Of a DNA stretch of 33,784 bases, positions 28,202-33,784 are shown piece by piece (positions within the stretch are counted from its first letter, which is position 1; the number at the start of each line of letters is the position of its first letter). The notes beneath the pieces are model-generated. The model made no database searches and had not been told where the DNA came from. It saw only the letters and a list, made by a program, of their open reading frames with translations. The stretch spans positions 1-33,784 of the forward strand of contig SKRR01000011.1 of NCBI GenBank assembly GCA_007118345.1. The letters run 5' to 3'. The translations under genes and the position numbers were made by a program. The DNA is from Microthrixaceae bacterium. GTDB taxonomy: Bacteria; Actinomycetota; Acidimicrobiia; Acidimicrobiales; Microtrichaceae.

Positions 28202-29881
28202 TCAGCCCAGCGCCAGGACCAGCGCGATGCCGTCGCCGGTCACGCGCAGGTCGTCGATCTCGACGCCGATCTCGTCGTCGGTGCCGGGCAGCGGCACGCC
28301 GATCGTCGAGGGGAAACGGATCCGCATCGGAGCCAGCGCCGCCAGCCCACCCAGCCGACGCGAGATCTCGTTGACGAACGACGGCACCACCGCCGGCAGC
28401 TCGACCCAGGCCGCCTGCACCACCAGCTCGAGTCGCGACCGGACCAGCCGTGTGCGGACCTCGGTGCGCAACGCAGAGCGCAGGTCGGGGAAGCTGTCGG
28501 GCAGCACCCTCGGCTGGCGGATGCGGCCAGCCACCTGCTGCTCGCCGAGGTCGACATCGACCTCGAAGGGAACGGGGAGACCCCCCACGGAACGCGCGAT
28601 CAGCAACTGTGCGACGGCGTCGACCACGGAACTGGCGGCTGCGACACCCATGCGACGTCCGGCGGCCGGGGCCGGCACGGCACTGCCCTTGACTCCGGGG
28701 CGTGCAGGAAGGCCGACGGTCAGGAGCCCCGATGCGACACTCACCTCGGCCCGACCGGTCGCCACACCCAGGTCGGCGAGGATGCGACCGACGTCGGACC
28801 CCAGCTCGAGTCCGGTGGACCCCAGGTGCTCGCCGAGGGAGTCGAACAAGCCGACCCCGAGCACGTTGAACACCATCGAGAACATGCCGAGCATGCCGGA
28901 CCAGACGGCCTCGTCGACGCCGTCGGGGACCGGGGCCTCGGTGTCGACGCCCAGTGAGATCAACTCCGCGTCGACCAGGTCGAGCCCCAGGGACACCTTG
29001 TGGTCGTCCCAGAGCTCGATGAACGGAGTGACGAGCGCTTCGACCCGCACCGGGATCGGCGCCGGCGGCGCCGGCATGCCGGTCGGGCCGAGGTCGTCGC
29101 TGCTCGGCTCGGTGTCGTAGGCGACGGCGCGAGTCGTCACGTCGCCCATCGCGCGCACGACCACCCGGGCACGTCCGCCGTCGCCGGGCCGCAGGTCGAA
29201 CCGACCACCGGTGACCGTCAGCTGCAGTCGGACGTCGACCTCACCCATCCCGGGGAGCGCCACGCTCGTGTCGAGGGGGTCGAGCTCGACGCCGGCTCCG
29301 ACGGCGACGAGGGCGAGATCGTTGAGCAGGTCCTCTCCGACCGTCGCGCAGATCGCCCATCTCGGCGATCTGGTGGGCTGTTCCGAACCGTCGACAACGG
29401 TCAGGTGGGGGGCTGCCGGAACAGGGTCGGGTGTGCGGGTCGTCGGCACGTGGCGCACTTCGTCGGGTCCCGCAGAGGTCAGCGCCGGCGGGGTTCCCGG
29501 TGGGACCGCCCGCCGCTGCCGCGCGCCAGCTGCCTTCTTGGCCGGCGCCTTCTTCTTCGCCGGCGCCTTCTTCTTCGCCGGCGCCTTCTTCTTCGCCGGC
29601 GCCTTCTTCTTGGCCGACGCGGCCTTCTTCTTCGCCGGCGCCTTCTTCTCGGCCGGCGCATTCTTCTTGGCCGACGCGGCCTTCTTCTTCGCCGGCGCCT
29701 TCTTCTTCGCCGGCGCCTTCTTCTTCGCCGACGCGGGCTTCTTCTTCGCCGGCTGCTTCCTCGGTGTCCCCGAGGCGGTCGCCCGTCTGCCGGCCGGGGT
29801 TCGCCGCGACGCCGACGGTGGCGTCACCGGCGCCGGCGTCTTGCCCTCGACGGGATCGGTCGGCTCGGTGGGGTCCTCCAT
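28202..29881 (-). CDS. Hypothetical protein with an N-terminal Pro-rich segment, 13 Lys/Ala/Pro (KKKAPA) histone-H1/HupB-tail-like repeats, and a large uncharacterised C-terminal domain
   Basis: From the ATG at 29881 the protein reads MEDPTEPTDPVEGKTPAPVTPP...PRKQPAKKKPASAKKKAPAKKKAPAKKKAASAKKNAPAEKKAPAKKK... This is followed by about 430 aa with no TM helices and Val/Gly/Asp-rich β-like segments (...VDVRLQLTVTGGRFDL..., ...EIGVEIDDLRVTGDGIALVL). It may be DUF2993/LmeA-like, but I am not sure. The 1006-aa track ORF extends 1.3 kb further upstream only as an antisense shadow of the ephA-like and PGPGW genes. Confidence 0.65.
   Translation of the reverse strand: MEDPTEPTDPVEGKTPAPVTPPSASRRTPAGRRATASGTPRKQPAKKKPASAKKKAPAKKKAPAKKKAASAKKNAPAEKKAPAKKKAASAKKKAPAKKKAPAKKKAPAKKKAPAKKAAGARQRRAVPPGTPPALTSAGPDEVRHVPTTRTPDPVPAAPHLTVVDGSEQPTRSPRWAICATVGEDLLNDLALVAVGAGVELDPLDTSVALPGMGEVDVRLQLTVTGGRFDLRPGDGGRARVVVRAMGDVTTRAVAYDTEPSSDDLGPTGMPAPPAPIPVRVEALVTPFIELWDDHKVSLGLDLVDAELISLGVDTEAPVPDGVDEAVWSGMLGMFSMVFNVLGVGLFDSLGEHLGSTGLELGSDVGRILADLGVATGRAEVSVASGLLTVGLPARPGVKGSAVPAPAAGRRMGVAAASSVVDAVAQLLIARSVGGLPVPFEVDVDLGEQQVAGRIRQPRVLPDSFPDLRSALRTEVRTRLVRSRLELVVQAAWVELPAVVPSFVNEISRRLGGLAALAPMRIRFPSTIGVPLPGTDDEIGVEIDDLRVTGDGIALVLALG
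29524..29762. repeat. 18-bp coding tandem repeat cgccggcgccttcttctt in about 13 units, with 24-bp variants
   Basis: Read directly. It encodes KKKAPA / KKKAASA on the minus strand. The arginine-rich + strand ORF 29479..29661 is an artefact of it. Confidence 0.85.
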
Positions 29882-29998
29882 GCACGATGGTCTAGCGCAG
29901 TGCGTGCACATCGGGTGCGTCCCGGCGATACTCGAAGGGTGCCGAACGCTCAGGAGTCTCGATCTGCGCCGGGAACGGTGGGTCGCTGGACCGACGTC

Positions 29999-30391
29999 GT
30001 GCGCGACGCCGCCATCGAGGCCGAGCTCGAAACCGCGGGACATCCCGAGACCCTCGACGAGGCGCGTCACAACGTGGCGATGCGTCTGGCGAGGATCGTC
30101 GGTGGATTCGCCCTGATCGCCCTGGGGATCGTCGCACTGCCGCTCCCGATCCCCGGCTGGCTGATCATCCTGGTCGGCCTCGAGCTCCTGCCCTACGTGT
30201 GGGCCGAGCGGACGATCCGGCGGATCCGGCGACATGCCCCGGGGGTCCCAGAGGAGGGCCACATCCCGGCGCGAACGTGGGCGGTGATGGGGGTGCTCGT
30301 CGTCGCGCTCAGCACCTTCGGCATTCTCTTCGGCGCCGACGTGCGTGACTGGGTCACCGGACTCGCCGACGCGGACCGCGCCCTCGGCTGA
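29999..30391 (+). CDS. PGPGW-family small transmembrane protein
   Basis: ...RIVGGFALIALGIVALPLPIPGWLIILVGLELL... matches the PGPGW (PF09656) signature. The start is uncertain (GTG at 29999 or 29978, or ATG at 30080). It is divergent from the KKKAPA-protein gene. Confidence 0.6.
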   Translation: MRDAAIEAELETAGHPETLDEARHNVAMRLARIVGGFALIALGIVALPLPIPGWLIILVGLELLPYVWAERTIRRIRRHAPGVPEEGHIPARTWAVMGVLVVALSTFGILFGADVRDWVTGLADADRALG

Positions 30392-30433
30392 TCCACCCTC
30401 CATCGCCGGTGGGGCGACGGGTACCGTGCGGTC

Positions 30434-31438
30434 ATGACTGCGTTCCCGCTGCCAGTCCGCCACACCCTCTCGGGTGCGAACTCGCCCGACCGACCTGACG
30501 TCGGCACGGTCCGCCTGTCGGTCCACGAGGCGGGTGCGATCTCGTCGCGGCCGCCGCTGGTGTTCTGCCACGGCTTCCCCGAGCTGGCCTACTCGTGGCG
30601 GCACCAGCTGCCTGCGGTTGCGGATGCGGGCTTCCGGGCGATCGCCCCCGACCAGCGCGGATACGGCGACTCCACCGCACCCGAGCCCATCGACGCTTAT
30701 TCGCTCGACCACCTCACGGGCGACCTGGCCGACCTCCTCGACGCGCTCGAGGTCGAGCGGGCGATCTTCGTCGGGCACGACTGGGGTGGGTTCGTCGCGT
30801 GGGCGATGCCGGTGCTCTTCCCCGAACGGTGCGCGGGTGTGGTCGGAGTGTGCACGCCCTACACGCCGTTCCCCACCACCGACTTCCTCCGGTCGATGTT
30901 CGGCGAGGATCCGGAGCAGATGTACATGCTCTGGTTCCAGGAGCCCGGCGTGGCCGAGTCCGTGCTCGACCCACAGGCGCGCCTGGTCTTCGAGAAGCTG
31001 ACCGTCGGCGGGGTGGACCCGAAGCGCCTTGCCGAAGCCGGCGTCGCCCGCGAACAAGGCGCTCAGTTCAACCCGTTCCTCGATCTGGAGTCGCTCCCGG
31101 CGCTCGGCGAGCCGCTCCTGTCCGCCGAGGAGCTCGAGGTGTACGCCTCGACCTTCGCCCGCACCGGGTTCCGGGGCGGGATCAACTGGTACCGCAACAT
31201 CGACGACAACGCCGTCGCGCATCCCGAGGTGGGGACCGAGCCACTCGACCTGCCGGCGCTGATGATCTGCGCCGAATGGGACCCTGCGCTACCGCCGGCG
31301 CTCGCTGCGAGCATGCCGGAGAGATGCTCGGATCTCGAGGTGCACACCGTCGCCAAGGCGGGCCACTGGGTGCAACAGGAGTCTCCCGACGAGGTCAACG
31401 ACCTCCTGGTCGACTGGCTGGCCCGTCGCTTCAGCTGA
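30434..31438 (+). CDS. Epoxide hydrolase-like α/β hydrolase (EphA-type)
   Basis: LVFCHGFPELAYSWRHQ (the HGxP motif), the VGHDWGG nucleophile elbow and GINWYRN are soluble-epoxide-hydrolase hallmarks. It is 334 aa. Confidence 0.9.
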   Translation: MTAFPLPVRHTLSGANSPDRPDVGTVRLSVHEAGAISSRPPLVFCHGFPELAYSWRHQLPAVADAGFRAIAPDQRGYGDSTAPEPIDAYSLDHLTGDLADLLDALEVERAIFVGHDWGGFVAWAMPVLFPERCAGVVGVCTPYTPFPTTDFLRSMFGEDPEQMYMLWFQEPGVAESVLDPQARLVFEKLTVGGVDPKRLAEAGVAREQGAQFNPFLDLESLPALGEPLLSAEELEVYASTFARTGFRGGINWYRNIDDNAVAHPEVGTEPLDLPALMICAEWDPALPPALAASMPERCSDLEVHTVAKAGHWVQQESPDEVNDLLVDWLARRFS

Positions 31439-31526
31439 CCAGGTGGCCGCTTCAGCTGACCAGGTGGCCGCTTCAGCTGACCAGGTGGCCGCTTCAGCTG
31501 ACGGCGCGGCCGCTTCAGCTCAGTTC
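31425..31526. repeat. 21-bp tandem direct repeat gccgcttcagctgaccaggtg in 3 perfect copies with 1 variant on each flank. Each unit holds the 8-bp palindrome TCAGCTGA.
   Basis: Read directly as cgtcgcttcagctgacc aggtggccgcttcagctgacc aggtggccgcttcagctgacc aggtggccgcttcagctgacg gcgcggccgcttcagctcag. The first copy supplies the TGA stop of the + gene at 31436-31438. The last variant supplies the TGA of the minus-strand GT gene at 31515-31517. Confidence 0.8.
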
Positions 31527-32660
31527 CGCGTCGCCCACCGCTGCGGCCAGCAGTGACCGCAGCTCCTCGGTGCGCCGGTCCCACGTGAACGCCGCGCGCA
31601 CGAACGCAGCACCCGCTGCACCCATCCGCGTCGCCCGCTCCGGATCCCCCAGCACCGACACGAGCGCATCCAGCAGCTCGTGTGGTGCGGCTCCGTCGAC
31701 GAGCAGCCCGCTGTCGGGTCCCACGGCATCGGGCACGCCGCCGATCCTGCCGGCGACGACAGGGCGGCCCACTCCCTGTGCCTGGATGAACACGATGCCG
31801 AACGCCTCGACCTCGAGCCCGCCCTTGCGTTCACGACAGGGCATGGCGAACAGGTCGCCGGCAGCAAAGTGCTCCGCGAGCTCCGCCTCGGGCACCTCAC
31901 CGGTGAAGATCACGCGGTCGGTGACGCCGACGGACCCGGCGATCGACTCGAGCGCGCAACGGTGGGGCCCGTCACCCACCAGGAGCAGCCGGGCTCCGGG
32001 CACCCGGTCGGCGAGCGCCGGCAACAGGCGGATCAGCTGGTCCTGGCCCTTGCGTTCGACCAGGCGAGAGACGCACACCACGACCGGGTCGTCGCCGAGC
32101 TGGTGGCGACGCCGGATCCGCGTGCCGTCCACGCTCGGATGGAACACCTTCGGGTCGATGGCCGGCGGCAGCAACCCGTAGCGGGGTCCGGACCCGAAGC
32201 GTTCCCGCAGCTCGGCGTCGCACCAGTTCGACACGAACGTGATCACGGCGGCGTCACGCCCGACGTGGCGAAGCAGGTGCCCGCCGCCCGGGACCCTCGC
32301 CGACGAGACCTCGAGCCCGTGGGTGAAGCCCACGTAGGGCACGCCCCGACGACGTCGGATCCTCGGGCCGAGCAGTCCGAGCGGGAACGCCGCGCCGAAC
32401 ACGACGACCTCGGGCTGCACGTGATCGACGAGCCGCAACGTGTGACGCAGCACCGTGGGTGTCGGCAGCAGTGTCGCAGTGGGCTCCCGGACCACACGGA
32501 ACGGAGCCTCGGCGTCCCACTCGCGGTCGCCGGGGTGTGCCGAGCCGTAGAGCGTGACGTCGTCACCGGCTGCAGCGAGGCCCCGGCAGAGCTGATCGAC
32601 GTAGTACTGGATGCCGCCGACCCGCGGCGGCAGGTCGTTCGTGACGACCAGGATCCGCAT
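31515..32660 (-). CDS. GT4-family glycosyltransferase, PimB/MgtA-like α-mannosyltransferase
   Basis: The N-terminus MRILVVTNDLPPRVGGIQYYV is the characteristic start of PimB-type GT4 enzymes. The C-terminal half has the E..G...E(A) GT-B motif (...PCRERKGGLEVEAFGIVFIQAQGVG). Function is assigned at family level only. Confidence 0.9.
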   Translation of the reverse strand: MRILVVTNDLPPRVGGIQYYVDQLCRGLAAAGDDVTLYGSAHPGDREWDAEAPFRVVREPTATLLPTPTVLRHTLRLVDHVQPEVVVFGAAFPLGLLGPRIRRRRGVPYVGFTHGLEVSSARVPGGGHLLRHVGRDAAVITFVSNWCDAELRERFGSGPRYGLLPPAIDPKVFHPSVDGTRIRRRHQLGDDPVVVCVSRLVERKGQDQLIRLLPALADRVPGARLLLVGDGPHRCALESIAGSVGVTDRVIFTGEVPEAELAEHFAAGDLFAMPCRERKGGLEVEAFGIVFIQAQGVGRPVVAGRIGGVPDAVGPDSGLLVDGAAPHELLDALVSVLGDPERATRMGAAGAAFVRAAFTWDRRTEELRSLLAAAVGDAELS

Positions 32661-32669
32661 CGTCCGGTG

Positions 32670-33386
32670 TCAGCGGATCGTCGAACGCAGGAAGTCCACC
32701 GACTCCTGCCAGGCCAGCCCCGCCGCGGTCGCGTCGTGGACCTCGGGCCGGTCGTCGTTGAAGAACGCGTGGTCGACCCCGGCGTGCACGGTGATGCGTG
32801 CATCCTTGCCCAGGTCCTGCAGTTGTCGTTCGAGCGCCAGGGCCTTGTCCGGACCGAAGAACCCGTCGAGTTCCGCGAAGTGTCCCCGCACCGGGGCGGC
32901 GAGCTGCGACCAGTCGGGTTCGGCACCCTCCCACGGGATGAGTCCGTAGAACGGCACGCATGCCACGACGTCGTCGGGTTCTCGGGCCGCGACCATCATC
33001 GCCAGACCCCCGCCCATGCAGAACCCGACCACGCCCACTCCCTGTGAGTCGACCTCGTCGGCGCCCTTCAGGAACGCGATCGCACCACGCAGGTCCTTGG
33101 CGGCCTGCTCGAGGTTCAGCGACATCATCAGCTTGCCGGCCTCGTCGGGCTCGGTCGTCGTGGCGCCCCGGTACAGGTCGGGCGCGAGCGCGCTGAAACC
33201 GGCAGCGGCGAACCGGTCGACGACGTCGCGAATGTGGGGAACGAGGCCCCACCACTCCTGGATCACCAGGACCCCCGGGCCGCTGCCGCCCGTCGCCGGC
33301 GCGTAGTAGCCCGATCCGGTGGTGCCGTTCGAGGGGAACTCGACCATCCGGCCGGCCCCTGCGTCGTTGGTCTGCTCGGTCGCCAT
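32670..33386 (-). CDS. Dienelactone hydrolase family protein
   Basis: The 238-aa protein from the ATG at 33386 (MATEQTNDAG...) contains ...GVLVIQEWWGL...VGVVGFCMGGGLAM (a Cys nucleophile in G-x-C-x-G) ...HAGVDHAFF, matching the DLH catalytic triad. The upstream Arg-rich extension of the track ORF is not credible. Confidence 0.85.
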   Translation of the reverse strand: MATEQTNDAGAGRMVEFPSNGTTGSGYYAPATGGSGPGVLVIQEWWGLVPHIRDVVDRFAAAGFSALAPDLYRGATTTEPDEAGKLMMSLNLEQAAKDLRGAIAFLKGADEVDSQGVGVVGFCMGGGLAMMVAAREPDDVVACVPFYGLIPWEGAEPDWSQLAAPVRGHFAELDGFFGPDKALALERQLQDLGKDARITVHAGVDHAFFNDDRPEVHDATAAGLAWQESVDFLRSTIR

Positions 33387-33436
33387 CGCGGCGACAGTAG
33401 TAGCCCGGCGCGGAGCCGGTCCGCCGGGACCCGGTC

Positions 33437-33784
33437 TCAGCCGGCGAGCCGGTACAACTCCGGTGCGGACGGTACGTCGACGCGATCGAGGGCGGGACCG
33501 AGCGCCTCGATCCCACCGGGACCCGCCACGCGGTCGACGACGTCGAGCGGCACGAGCTCGTCGGGTGAGTCGAGGGGGTCGGCCCGCTCGAGTCGCGCCT
33601 CGGACCATCGGCGGACCAGGGCGTCGAACATCGGGTCGGGCAACAGCCGTCCTGCCCCGGCGACGAGCCACACCTCGGTCCCGAGCTGGTGGGCGAGCGT
33701 GGCCGCCGCCCTCGCCCCGGCGGGCGCAATGGCCCCGGCGCGCCCCAGCGCCGTGACGTCGAGCAGCACCAGATCGGCCGTCGC
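33437..33784 (-). CDS. C-terminal part of an unidentified protein. The ORF continues beyond the right window edge.
   Basis: The frame is open from 33784 down to the stop at 33437 (...ADLVLLDVTALGRAGAIAPAGARAAATLAHQLGTEVWLVAGAG...). The track M at 33769 is probably internal. No family is recognised. Confidence 0.35.
   Translation of the reverse strand, partial: ATADLVLLDVTALGRAGAIAPAGARAAATLAHQLGTEVWLVAGAGRLLPDPMFDALVRRWSEARLERADPLDSPDELVPLDVVDRVAGPGGIEALGPALDRVDVPSAPELYRLAG

Noticed and set aside
29521-29765. Possibility that the regular 18-bp periodic array is a CRISPR or non-coding satellite
   Set aside because: There are no spacers. The period is a multiple of 3, in frame within a long ORF encoding KKKAPA. 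It is coding low-complexity DNA.
29882-31222. N-terminal 450 aa of the 1006-aa minus ORF
   Set aside because: It is antisense to the ephA-like and PGPGW genes. The true start is the ATG at 29881 (alternative 29911), just before the KKKAPA repeats.

Overview
This is a high-GC (about 70%), gene-dense chromosomal window that looks actinobacterial, with typical codon bias, GTG starts and Ala/Arg-rich proteins. The coding layout is resolved end to end. I see no transposase, integrase, CRISPR array, tRNA or rRNA. The region is housekeeping plus accessory metabolism. It contains cysS, valS, an nfeD–flotillin operon, fadE-like and fadD-like lipid genes, a CoA-transferase, lacZ (GH2), bcp, a tyrosine phosphatase, a PimB-like GT4 glycosyltransferase, two epoxide-hydrolase-like α/β hydrolases, a dienelactone hydrolase, an SDR, an MFS transporter, and two c-di-GMP proteins, one of them with a degenerate GGDEF motif. 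I found no clear-cut previously undescribed system. The most unusual items follow. (1) A four-gene minus-strand operon starts with a protein carrying 13 KKKAPA (histone-H1/HupB-like) repeats fused to an uncharacterised domain, followed by PTP, Bcp and LacZ. (2) A 21-bp tandem array carrying the palindrome TCAGCTGA sits exactly at a convergent gene junction and supplies the stop codons of both genes. (3) Separate PRTase and erythromycin-esterase-like genes resemble, as far as I recall, a split form of mycobacterial Rv2030c; upstream of them is a membrane protein with 5× PDAL(H/Q/R)S hexapeptide repeats. (4) An 18-bp perfect palindrome lies between fadE and a divergent membrane-anchored XRE regulator. 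(5) Several other in-gene tandem repeats, one of which creates three in-frame ATG starts. Many long ORFs in the track are antisense shadows and are rejected.
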